Part shown: positions 38,296 through 50,847 of the stretch, piece by piece
Position numbering within the stretch: the stretch's first letter is position 1
How the letters are laid out: each line of letters starts with the position of its first letter
Origin: Eledone cirrhosa
Taxonomy: Eukaryota
Direction: 5' to 3'
NCBI GenBank assembly: GCA_964016885.1
Contig: OZ024741.1
Span: forward strand, 164,796,001 to 164,860,000
DNA length: 64,000 nucleotides
Made by a program: the position numbers and the translations under genes
The notes under the pieces: model-generated
The model's input: the letters and a program-made list of their open reading frames with translations, nothing else
Database searches by the model: none
What the model was told of the DNA's origin: nothing

Positions 38296-38600
38296 TATTC
38301 ATGAAAGAAATGGAGAAATAATCTAAATATAAAGAACTGAAGATAGAAATAACCAGATTATGGATGATGAAAATGGAAACAATACTTATAGTAATAGGTG
38401 CTCTAGGATTGATAAACACACATAACTCAAACTCCAGGACTTACAAATATATACAACATACAGAAAATAGCACCACAAGGCCCTGCATACATATTATGAT
38501 AAGTAGTCTCAATACAATAGAAACAGCAATACCAAAGATAATACTGCATATACACCCATGGCACACAAAGCTGTGCTCAGTAATGCAGTGACGACATGCA
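38296..38600 (+). mobile_element. R4/Dong-like 3' end
   Basis: KEMEK*SKYKELKIEITRLWMMKMETILIVIGALGLI; UTR gctgtgctcagtaatgcagtgac shared with 57570. Confidence 0.8.
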
Positions 38601-38640
38601 ATACTACTACTACTACTACTGCTGCTACTACTACTACTAC

Positions 38641-39335
38641 AAATAATTGTTTCTACTTTTGGCTTTTGACACAAGGCCAGCAATTACCCAGTGCATTACT
38701 GGTACTTTATTTTATCGACCCCGTAAGGATGAAAGGCAAAGTCAACCTCGGCGGGATTTGAACTCAGTCTGTAAAGGGACATAACTATGCTGGAAAGCAT
38801 GGCGTCCGACCCTCTACCGATACTGCCAATCCACCGCCTTACTACTACTACAAATAATAATAATTGTTTCTACTTTAGACACAAGGCCAGCAACGTTGGG
38901 AGATGGAAAATCGATTAAATCGACCCTAGTGCATTACTGGTACTTATTTTATCGCCTCCCATAAGGATGAAAGGCAAAGTTAACCTCGGCAGGATTTGAA
39001 CTCTGAACTTAAAGAGCCATAACTCTATGCTGCAAAGCATGTTGTCCAACCCTCTACCGATACTGCCAATCCACCACCTTAATAATTGTTTCTACTTTTG
39101 GCACAAGGCCAGCAATTATCCCAGTGCGTTACTGGTACTTTATTTTATCGACCCCGTAAGGATGAAAGGCAAAGTTAACCTTGGCGGGATTTGAACTCAG
39201 ACCATAAAAGCCCATAACTCTTTGCTGCAAAGCATGGTGTGCATCGCTCTACCAATTCTGCTAATCCACCGCCCGTAACAATAATAACAATAATAGTGTC
39301 CATCACTCTACCGATTCTGCTAATCCACCACCCTA
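38641..39335 (-). mobile_element. SINE group A tandem cluster (3 full copies plus a head)
   Basis: Repeated aattgtttctac..ccgatactgccaatccacc. Confidence 0.92.
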
Positions 39336-39495
39336 AATAATCATTATTAATATTAATAATAATATCTAAAGTTAAATTCAGTGTATATTATGAGGAGGTA
39401 TCATCAGTTTTTAATATCATATCATATCACATTAGCTATTAAGCTCAGAGGTTATTCCTGAAGAAGGTCATGGTAATAGCAAACGAGGGGGGTGG

Positions 39496-39905
39496 AAGAA
39501 GAAGAAGAAAAGAAGAAGAAGAAGAAGAAGAAGAAGAAGAAGAATAAAAGAAGAAATAGAAGAAGAAGAAGAAGAAGAAGAAGAAGAAAAGGAGAGTAGA
39601 AGAAGAAAGGGGGAAAAGAAGAGAAGAAAAGAAAAAGAAGAAAAAAGGAAAAGAAAGGGAAGAAGAAGAAAGGGAAGAAGAAGAAAGTGAAGAAGAAGAA
39701 GAAGAAGAAGAAGGAGAAGAAGAAGAAGAAAGTGAAGAAGAAGAAGAAGAAGAAGAAGAAGAAAGTGAAGAAGAAGGAGAAGAAGAAGAAGAAGAAGAAG
39801 AAAGTGAAGAAGAAGAAGAAGAAGAAAGTGAAGAAGAAGAAGAAGAAAGTGAAGAAGAAGAAGAAGAAAGTGAAGAAGAAGAAGAAGAAGAAGAAGAAGA
39901 AGAAG
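39496..39905. repeat. (GAA)n-rich polypurine tract, ~400 bp
   Basis: Direct. Confidence 0.97.
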
Positions 39906-40199
39906 CTGAGTAAAACAGCAGCTTCTTTAATAGAGTACTAAGTAAATCAATAGAAAGTGGATTTCGTATTTTAGTGCCATGTTAGAGACTATTGGCACTG
40001 ATGTTGTTGTTGTTGTTGCTAGTGGTGTTGTTGTTGGTGATGGTGTAGTTGTTGTTGTTGTTTGTGATATAGAAGTAACGATAGAAAAGTAAGGTCAGGA
40101 GTTGGATACTATAAGAAAGTGTTTCCATCTGCATGCTTGTCTGTCACATGTCTGTACACCTTTCTAAACCAAAACACTCCATATACCAGAAATATATAT

Positions 40200-42120
40200 A
40201 ATAATTGTTTCTACTTTAGGCACAAGGCCAGCAATTACCCAGTACATTACTGGTACTTTATTTTATCGGGCCCGTAAGGATGAAAGGCAAAGTTAACCTC
40301 AACGGGATTTGAACTCAGACTGTAAAGAAACGTAACTATGCTGCAAAGCATGGCGTCCGACCCTCTACCGATACTGCCAATAATAATTATTATCATTATT
40401 TCTACTATAGGCACAAGGCCAGCAATTTGGGGAGAGGGGGAAAGTCACTTAAATTGACCCCAGTGCGTGACTGGTACTTTATTTTATCGACCCCCGTAAG
40501 GATGAAAGGCAAAACAAACCTCAGCTGGATTTGAACACAGAACATAATAATTATAACTGTTTCTACTTTAGGCACAGGCCAGTAGCTTTGGGAGAAAGGG
40601 TAAGTTAATTAAATTGACCCCAGTGTATTACTGGTGCTTTATTTTATCGACCTCCTAAGGATGAAAGGCAAAGTTACCCTTGGCAGGATTTGAACTCAGA
40701 ACATAATAATGGTTTCTTATATAGGCACAAGGCCAGCAATTTTTTGGGGAGGGGAAAGTCGATTAAATCAACCCCAGTGCATTACTGGTACTTTATTTTA
40801 TCGACCCCTGTAAGGATGAAAGGCAAAGTTACCCTTGGCAGGATTTGAACTCAGAACATAATAATGGTTTCTTATATAGGCACAAGGCCAGCAATTTTTG
40901 GGGGAGGGGAAAGTCGATTAAATCAACCCCAGTGCGTGACTGGTACTTTATTTTATCGACCCCCCGTAAGGATGAAAGGCAAAGCTACCCTTGGCAGGAT
41001 TTGAACTCAAAACATAATAATAAGCAGCAATGTTTGGAGAAGGGGAACATTATTTGTTGGGTATTTTATTTTATCAGCCATGGAAGTACGAAAGTTAAAG
41101 GTCACCTCAGCAGGATTTGAACTCAGAACATAGAGTAGAGTAGCAGGTATAATAATAATAATAATAATATTTCTACTTTTGGCACAATACCAGCAATTAC
41201 CCCAGAGCATTACTGGTACTTTATTTTATCGACCCCGTAAGGATGAAAGGCAAAGTTAACCTCGGCGAGATTTGAACTCAGACTGTAAAGGGACATAACT
41301 ATACTAGAAAGCATGGCGTCCAACCCTCTACCGATACTGCCAATATAATAATAGGGAATAATTGTTTCTACTTTTGGCACAATACCAGCAATTACCCCAG
41401 AGCGTTACTGGTACTTTATTTTATCGACCCCGTAAGGATGAAAGGCAAAGTTAACCTCGGCGAGATTTGAACTCAGACTGTAAAGGGACATAACTATACT
41501 AGAAAGCATGGCGTCCAACCCTCTACCGATACTGCCAATATAATAATAGGGAATAATTGTTTCTACTTTTGGCACAATACCAGCAATTACCCCAGAGCGT
41601 TACTGGTACTTTATTTTATCGACCCCGTAAGGATGAAAGGCAAAGTTAACCTCGGCGAGATTTGAACTCACAACGTAAAGAGCCATAACCCTATGCTGCA
41701 AAGCATGGTTTCTGACGCTCTACCCATACTGCCAAACAAATAATAATGATAATAATAATAATAATTGTTTCTACTTTAGGCACAAGGCCAGCAATTATCC
41801 AGTGCATTACTGGTACTTTATTTTATCGACCCCGTAAGGATGAAAGGCAAAGTTAACCTCGGCGGGATTTGAACTCAGATCGTGAAGGGATGTAACTATG
41901 CTGGAAAGCATGGCGTCCGACCCTCTACCGATACTGCCAATCCACCGCCTTAATAATAATGGTTTCTAATTTAGGCACAAGGCCAACAATTTTGGGGGAG
42001 AGGAAAGTTGATTACATTGATCACCAGTAAGTGATTGGTACTTTATATTATCGAATCTGAAAGGACGAAAGGCAAAGTCAATCTTGGCAGGATATGAATT
42101 CACAACGTAAAGCACCAGAT

Positions 42121-42158
<38 letters not shown>

Positions 42159-42290
42159 AGTAGTAGTAGTAAAGATTTCTGATTTGGGCACAAGGCCAGT
42201 AATTTTGGTGGAGGGAAAATGTCGATTAAATCTACTCCAGTGCAATACTTTATTTTATCGACATTGTTAGGATGAAAGGTAAAGCTCAAG
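40200..42290 (-). mobile_element. SINE group A tandem array (~12 full or truncated copies)
   Basis: Repeated units, including an exact 195-bp period at 41171/41366/41561. Confidence 0.93.
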
Positions 42291-42309
42291 CAGTAGCATT
42301 ATCAGGCAG

Positions 42310-42478
42310 GGTCGGACGCCATGCTTTGATGTATGGAGTTACGGCCCTTGCCATTCTGAGTTCAAATCCCGCCGAGGTTAACTTTGCCTTTCATCCTTAC
42401 GGGGTCGATAAAATAAAGTACCAGTAATGCACTGGGTAATTGCTGGCCTTGTGCCTAAAGTAGAAACAATTATTAATA
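42310..42478 (+). mobile_element. SINE group A, opposite orientation to the adjacent array
   Basis: gtcggacgccatgc..gagttcaaatcccgccgagg..gtagaaacaattatt. Confidence 0.92.
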
Positions 42479-42968
42479 AGACGACAATATTGACAACAGA
42501 ATAATCTGTAAAAAATGGTGCAGTATAATGCCAAGACTAATAATATTCTAATGGGGTATTTTATATTGTAACATATGCACGTGAGCGTGCGTGTTTGTGA
42601 ATGTGTATGTGTGTGTGCATGTCTGTGAGTGTGTATGTGTGTGTGTACACATGTTTACAAGGAAACGGTTAATAGTCTTCAAAGTTTCATCTGTAGTCAG
42701 TTTTGTTGTTTATATGCATGATAAAAAAACATACATTAATATATACAGGAGCATGTATGTACGCGTGCATTTGTATCTGTGTTGGTTTAAATCTAACAGT
42801 TCCGAAAGAAAAGGAGAAGATAGTACTCAATACATGGTCTTTAGTTTGTCCATCCATATATTTACTAAAATATACATCACTCTCATCATATATATTGCCT
42901 CAAGTGGGACAATTCTCGTCTAAACCCATGCTAGCATGGAAGATAGACGTTAAACGATGATGATGATG

Positions 42969-43021
<53 letters not shown>

Positions 43022-43073
43022 GACACATACAGATATACCCATATATATAACATCATCATTTCACATCATTTTT

Positions 43074-43110
<37 letters not shown>

Positions 43111-44015
43111 CACGTGTGTATGCATGTATGTATGTGCGTATACGTGTATGTATGCATGAATGTATATATGTATGTGTGTATGTATGTATTGAGAGAGAGA
43201 GAAAGAGAAGGTTGTAATCTAAAGCCGTTTTGTATATTTATTTCATCAAGTGATTAGTCATTTTTTTTTAATATATTCCTTATAATGAAATATTGTGTGT
43301 TTAATTATATACATGTATTTAATACACACACACACACACACACATGTATATATACATATATGCACATATATATACATATATATATACATACACACATATA
43401 TATATATATACACACATATATATATATATATATACATACATATATATATACATATATACACATATATACATACACACATATATATATACATATATACACA
43501 TATATATATATATATACATTTATATATATACACACATACATATTATACACATACATATGTTAATATGTATGTGTATAATATGTATGTATAGCTAATAAAC
43601 AAGGCATGATCACTCAAAAAATGTCTTTCATTCTGAAACTTTATTTTTGTATATAATACATACATATATACATGTGCACTCACATACATGTATTTACATA
43701 CATATATATACATACAATACTATTTTATATATATATACTAATTATAATATTTATATATACATAAATATAGAATATGCATCATCTACATGAATTACATTAC
43801 ACATAATGTATACAAACATGTACACACACACACACAGATGCATATATATATATATATATGCATCCCCAAAATGTATACACACTTCAACATTCTAATAAAT
43901 ATATATACACATTTTTTGGGGACACCCTGTATATTTATATATATATATATGTATAAATATATATATATATTAATTCAAAATATTAACAAAAATAGACATT
44001 CGTTTGATCAAGTAT

Positions 44016-44080
44016 ATTTTATTATACATATTTCAGAGGTACTGAGCTATCTTCAACAGTACGTCCTCATCAGATAAAAT
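44016..44080 (-). ncRNA. Type I hammerhead ribozyme motif (family 3)
   Basis: Minus strand: attttat CTGATGA ggacgtactg-ttgaagatagct-cagtacctct GAA ata-tg-tat A ataaaat; 7-bp stem I, 10-bp stem II (1 mismatch), AUA triplet. Confidence 0.7.
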
Positions 44081-44120
44081 AAGATGATACATGACATACC
44101 CTAAGTAGATGGTTAAAATT

Positions 44121-44163
<43 letters not shown>

Positions 44164-44504
44164 TTTGTGCATATTTGTATATATCATACAAAAACAAACA
44201 TTTGTATACAGTCCTTCAGAGTGAGATAGACAGATATACAGAGAGAGGGAGAGAGAGACAGGCGGAGAGAAAGGTGAAAGATAGAACATGTGCACTCACA
44301 CACACACATATATATATACATGCACCAATAAACATGCATGTGCATGCATACAGCTATTTGTTTTGTATTATTGTAATGAATAAAGCGAACAGATATGAAA
44401 ATGAGGTGTATTGAAGGGGTTAAAATGGTTTACAAGTACAAAAGTCTAATTTGCACAGAACCCTAACAGAATCTACTGGAAGTATTCCTGCAAGAAAAAT
44501 CAGC

Positions 44505-44561
<57 letters not shown>

Positions 44562-44704
44562 TTGGAAGAATATATATGGGAGGTCTGAAGAAGAGTGTGA
44601 AAGATGCGAGATATAAATATTCATTTGAAATTACTCTACACGCATTTTGTGTTTGTGTGTGTGTGTATATATACATATACACACATACATAAACATATAA
44701 ACAT

Positions 44705-44751
<47 letters not shown>

Positions 44752-44945
44752 CATATATACACATACATATACATACATATATATACATTACATATATATA
44801 CATATATGTATTACACATATATATACATGCCTTTATATATATATATATATACATGCCTTTATATATATATTATATATATATATATATTATATATATATAA
44901 ATGAAAGGTATAGAAAATATTGTAGCAAAAAGCCAACAGTATTCC

Positions 44946-45014
<69 letters not shown>

Positions 45015-45226
45015 GCACACACTTAAGTTCTGAAATATCATTATGTACCAAGATTTACTAACTGTTTTCATAGTAGTGTCTATATAACATAATATTCAGA
45101 AATAGCAATATTTATTATTAATATTATTTAACACCTGAAACAAAATGAATTTAAGAAAAGAAAAACGATAAATGAATCAAATAATTATCATAATAGGTAA
45201 TGGTAAATAATGCTGGTGACAACTAC

Positions 45227-45595
45227 CTGAGATTTTCTGTCACCACCATCATTATCATCATCATCATCATCATCATCATCATCGTCGTCATCATCTTTGC
45301 AACCATCTTTTTCTTTGTTGTTGTCGGTGCCGTCATTTTTTACCGTTTTCCTCTGTTCCAGCTGGTGGCTCTTATAGTTCAAGCGATAGTCCTGAAATTT
45401 GGCAATCCAAAGCAGAGCACAGAGTCGTACCATGGCACGTTCATGCCGACCACTTAGGTAGGTATCGACAAGGTTTGAAGATTGTGAACTCATAACTGAC
45501 AAGTGTTTTCTCTTCTTTTTCTTCTTATCACTGTTCTTCGACAACGACAACGATATAGCAGCACATTTAGAAGGAAACCTTTTGTAAATAACCAT
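45227..45595 (-). CDS. Candidate coding exon of an unidentified host gene (123 codons, basic patch + poly-Asp)
   Basis: Non-repetitive ATG-initiated frame (ORF 45188..45595) ending at a phase-0 donor CAG|GTAGTT; no TE similarity recognised. Confidence 0.45.
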
Positions 45596-45999
45596 GACAA
45601 ACTAATACTTAACAGCGGAGATTCCCTACCATAACAAAAGACGAACAGAACAGAGGGGGTGGGGTTGGTTGGTTGATAGGGGTGGGGTTTGGTGAGGGAG
45701 AGTGAAAGAATTTAGATAAATAGATAATAGATAGATACATAAATATAAATTCTGGCTATCCTCCTTGCATTTGTTTACTTAGATTTTACTTGAGTTTTGT
45801 GTTTTTGTTGTTGTTGTTTTTCTAAGGTCTCATACTGTTACGTTTACTATTTTATATGTCCAACGAATTAAGAATTTATTTATTGAGAGAATAAAATTCC
45901 TGCTTTACATGGACAACGGCAATGCTTAGAATATAAAAGACAAACATCTATATAGTAGTAGTAATAATAATAATAACAATAAAAATTAAAATAATGATG

Positions 46000-46038
<39 letters not shown>

Positions 46039-46832
46039 GTAGTAGTAGTAATAATAATAATAATAATAACAATGCAAATTAAAATAATGATAATAATAAT
46101 AATAATAATAATAATAATAGTAGTAATAGTAATAATAATAATAATAATATAATGATAATGAATAAGTAAAGTGGATATAAGAGGAAGAAGAAATTACATG
46201 AGAGGGAAGAATCACATAGTGCAAGAGTAAGCGAGAGAGAAGGAAAGAGGGAGAGAATTAGCAAAGAGAATTGTGTTGCTGGTGCTTCCTAGATGATGAC
46301 TACTTCTATGGTGTCTCTGTGCAGTAGTAAATAGATTGTTGAAGTGATAAACTACTGAAATAGAAAGAGATGACAACTAACTCAACATCAACAGCTTTAA
46401 CTTTCCCCTCTTCTCTTGATATTTCTTTTGTTTTTGTTTGTTGGTTATTTTATTTTTTTATTTTATCTTATTTATTTTTATCATTTTTTTTTTTTTTATT
46501 TAATTTAATTTTATTTATTTATCAATTTTTTTAATCAAAAATACTAACACCACTGTTGGTGAAAAAAAAACAAAAAACAAAAAAAACAACAACATACAAA
46601 TACAACAACATCGATAACTGAACTGAACGAAACCAAGCAAGAAATAAAATCAATTCTTTAGAAAACCAAGTATTTTCCTATTTAGTTTGGTTTAGCAGAA
46701 GTAGTGTATTATGGTATTAAAGGATAGCATTCTAATATTCTATGATATTATCAACAATTTTGACATTTCCAAATATATATATAAATGTAAGCAAAAGTTG
46801 AGGAACAAACTTTCAGTTTTTTATATAGGGAA

Positions 46833-46876
<44 letters not shown>

Positions 46877-46926
46877 CAGAAAAAAAAAGTTTCATTTACA
46901 TATAAAAGATATTTATTGTGTATTGA

Positions 46927-46998
46927 CCTGTTACACTCGTTTCGCAGAGGATTGGCTCAAGGTCATCTAGTCCACTATCGATCTGCTAATCAGACTGG
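46927..46998 (-). ncRNA. Degenerate hammerhead motif (family 4)
   Basis: Minus strand: ccagt CTGATtA gcaga-[33 nt]-tctgc GAAAC gagt GTA acagg; G8 replaced by U. Confidence 0.45.
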
Positions 46999-47084
46999 GG
47001 ACGTGACAAAACAAATTTTTTTTTTGTGGTTTGTGAGATGAAAAGGTGTATATATATATGTATCAGTCCTATTTAAAAAAAATG

Positions 47085-47373
47085 TTTGTGTATATATGTA
47101 AAAGTAATAACAAAAATAACAAAACAAAGGACACAGTATATGGAAGAAATATATTAGTTGAATGCTTTAAATAACAGGAAGAGAGTCTTAACGTTTTGGA
47201 CACTAGTCCTTCATCAGAAGAGTGTCTTAACGTTTTGGACACTAATCCTTCATCAGAAGATAGAGTTAGAAATAGAAGATAAATAGAAAGTATAGAGTGA
47301 TGATAGGAAGAAATGGGGAAAATGAGAAAAAAATTGGGGAGAAAAAAAAACATACATGTGTATTCAGTCAGCA
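47085..47373 (-). mobile_element. HHR family 2 repeat with two tandem minimal hammerheads (47186-47221, 47225-47260)
   Basis: Minus strand tcttCTGATGAaggactagtgtcc-aAAA-cgtt-aaga twice, period 39; TA-repeat flanks. Confidence 0.75.
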
Positions 47374-48235
47374 TATATATATATATATATAGTATTTATA
47401 TTAGTAGTTTGATGTCTTTCTGCATTACCACTGGTTTCAAGATGTAAACACAAATATCTCATAAGAATGCATCTGATTAGGTAGATGTGTTACACTAGAA
47501 ACAGCTGGTAATGTGAAAATAAGTCAAACTGTTAATATATATACTCTCAACTTCAACATTATATTTTGATTGCTTTTTTTTCTTTCATTTGTACCCTCAT
47601 CCATGTGATTATAAGAACAATAATAAAAATTAATATGTACAGTGTTCAGGTGCACTATAATTCATCAAAGGTGCATGTATAGTACATAAAATAATGTACA
47701 AATATCAAGAAAGTGAACAGTGTATGAGTCATGATATACACACAGATACATTATATGTGTGCATGTGTAAAATGAATAAATAAATAGATGTAATAACTAG
47801 AAGGAAAAATTAAAAATAGAAAATTAACAGATAATCAGTGTTTTTTAAAATTATAATTAAGAAATTTAGTTTCAGTGTTATTTAATTGTATTCACTTTTT
47901 AATTGTGAAACACGCACTGATAGGAATAGAGGAATAATAGAATACAAAGAGCAAGAACAAGAAATAAGAGAGGTGATTCTAATAACTCTTGATATTTTAA
48001 TAAAACTGATAAAAAAGACAAATAAAGAAACCACTTGAAATCCTCCTAATAATTGTTTCTACTTTTGGCACAAGCCCAGCAATTTCCCCAGTACATTACT
48101 GGTACTTTATTTTATCAACCCCGTAAGGATGTAAGGCCAAGTGAACTTCCTAATAATAACAACTGTTTAGAAACTTGTATGTAGCAGTTCTTAAAGAAAT
48201 ATACTGATATAAATGCCCACTCCATCTCTCTCTCA

Positions 48236-48328
<93 letters not shown>

Positions 48329-48339
48329 AAATATATATA

Positions 48340-48615
48340 TTCCCACTGCAAAGTGGTCGTGGAGATGTCACAACAAAAAAAGCACCCAGCCCACACTGTA
48401 AAGAGGTCGTGCAGGCACCATGGTAAAAGAGTACCCAGCACTCACTGTAAATGAGGTTGGTGCTAGAAAGGGCATCCAGCTGTAGAAATCTAGCCAAAAT
48501 CAGTCCCTGTATGAGCAAGACAAGGTCAGCCGACCTGGCATTGCTCACAACAGGACAACCCATCTAATCCGTGCTAGTGTGGAAGAATGGACGTAAAACA
48601 ATTATGATGATGATA
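48340..48615 (+). mobile_element. RTE-type 3' tail fragment (another at ~48978-49142; tail-only copies at 17826-17882 minus and 42895-42970)
   Basis: ggttggtgctagaaagggcatccagctgtagaaa..ggacgtaaaac..gatgat. Confidence 0.85.
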
Positions 48616-49567
48616 TATATATACATATATATATATGTATATATGTATATATATATCCATGCAAGCATGGACAAGTGGACATGATGATGATATATATATA
48701 TACAAACATACACATACACACACACACAGACACATACAAGGGAACGGGCAAAGGCTTTCATCTTTGTCTGTTCCCTTGTTATTTTAATTTAGATGGCTTC
48801 AAGAACATAACCTTATCATGTAAGAAGCTGTCTGATGAGATCATGGCACTGGGTATGGGAAATCGTGTGGCCACTGTCATCATTGAAATATATATCACAG
48901 CCTTATCAATAAAGGACTTCAACATCTTAAACTACTTCACATTTTCTTATTATATATATATATATATGTATATACACTGCCAATGTGGTTGGCATTAGGA
49001 AGGGCATCCAGCTGTAGAAAACAGGCCAAAAACTCTCCTATATGAGCAAGACACAGTCACCCAACCCAACTTGCCTTTAAATGGGACAAACCCGCCTAAC
49101 CCATGCTAGCGTGGAAGATAGACGTTAATCGATGATGATGATATATATATATATATGTATATATAAATATATATAATATTAGGTATCAGTTGTTTGAGGT
49201 AATTACAAAGCACTCAATAGAGCGAGATGTTAATACATTACTGTCCAGAGTAAACGCAACAGTTAAAAAGTGTGACACCAAGAAAAATAACCAAAGACTG
49301 TGGCCATACATATAACCACAATAACAATAAATACTGAAAGGTATGATATATAGTGCAAGGTCAACAATGAAAAAGAGTGAAAACAAACACAGAGAACAAT
49401 TGAAAAATGTGTTATTAGGTTCACACTTATATGAAATAGAAAAAGAAGCGGCTGGAACATATTACACATTAGTCTTATATATATATATATATATGAGTGA
49501 TTTATATAGTAAGATTTTATTAAATAATACATTAGTCTTTTATCAGGAATATATATATATATATATA

Positions 49568-49963
49568 AATACATAGTAAAACCTACTACAGCCAGTAGGC
49601 ATCTCTAACAAAATACACCCCCGTCCCACCACCCACACCCCATCCACACAACCCCCTCCTATGTAAAGTTATGTTGGTGCCACAACATCCAGGCCGAAAC
49701 AAATGAGATCGTGTAGGTGTCACGACAAAAAAAACACACAGTCCACGCTGTAATGTGGCCGTGTAGGCAACACGGTAAAAACCTCCCAGACCCACACTGT
49801 AAATGTGGTTGGTGTTAGGAAGGGCATCCAGCTGTAGAAAACCTGCCAGACAGTCCTATGCGAGCAAGACAATCACTCTTGCCTCAAGTGGGAATACCCC
49901 CATCCAAACCCATGCAAGCGTGGAACACGGACGTTAAATGTTGATGATGATGATGATGATGAT
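49568..49963 (+). mobile_element. RTE LINE 3' UTR fragment
   Basis: Close match to 2043-2553 without the internal duplication. Confidence 0.93.
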
Positions 49964-50847
49964 ATATATTATTTATGTATATACAAATTATTTAATAAAA
50001 TCTTACTATATATATATATATAGTAAGATTTTATTAAATAATTTGTATATACATAAATAACGTTGCTTACAATGCTTTCAGAGTAACATTACAAATGTAA
50101 TGTCATTGATAAACACAAATATAAATGTATATAACAAATACAATTAATCATTGCTGGGAACCTCACAAAAACAGCACACCAAAATATATGACCAGAGAGA
50201 GAAAGAAACAAAAAGAAAAAAGAAGGAAAAAAGGGTGAAGCAAAAATCAAAACGAAAACGACCATTAATTCACCACCAAGTGCGACAAGCGGCTGCACAT
50301 CACAAGAGTCAACGGAATATTTTGAAGCTAGCCAATATGCTCACAACATTACCATAGGTGATGGTGAGGCTAAGGTGTTGAAAAAATAAAATGGTTGATT
50401 TTGGAAAAAAAAGAAATATAGAGACAGAACAATAACTACAACAAAAAATATAAATGAAACGGCTGAGTGAACAGTCTGAGTGAAAGTTTCAAGAAAATGG
50501 TTTAGAGATAGAAAAGTTTCAAACATAGAATGTAAATATATTACTTAGAGTTTAGCAACAAAAAAATGTTAGCCAATACACTGTAAAAAGTGATTGATGA
50601 TAGAAAGGGCATCCACCTATAGAAAGAGTAGAGAAGAAACTTCAATTGTGTCAAAGACATAACAGCTTCCCTAGTGCTAGGACCACAATTAAATTCACCA
50701 GGTGCTCTCTGTAGAATGTAGGAATATATGTAGATGTGATGCAGGCCACTAGCCCATCAGAAAGTTAGTTGCTTCTGATTTGGTCTGTGGCAACCTATCC
50801 AACCTTTGTTAGCAATGTATGTTAAACGATGGTGATGGTTATTATAT

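Noticed and set aside
39687-39941. Poly-Lys ORF
   Set aside because: Translation of a (GAA)n tract
43258-43595. Stacked Y/I/H/T/C/V-rich ORFs (also near 22000, 24000, 25000, 44600, 60700)
   Set aside because: Translations of TA/CA microsatellites
48828-48870. CTGATGAG..GAAATCGT word pair
   Set aside because: No convincing stem II or cleavage triplet
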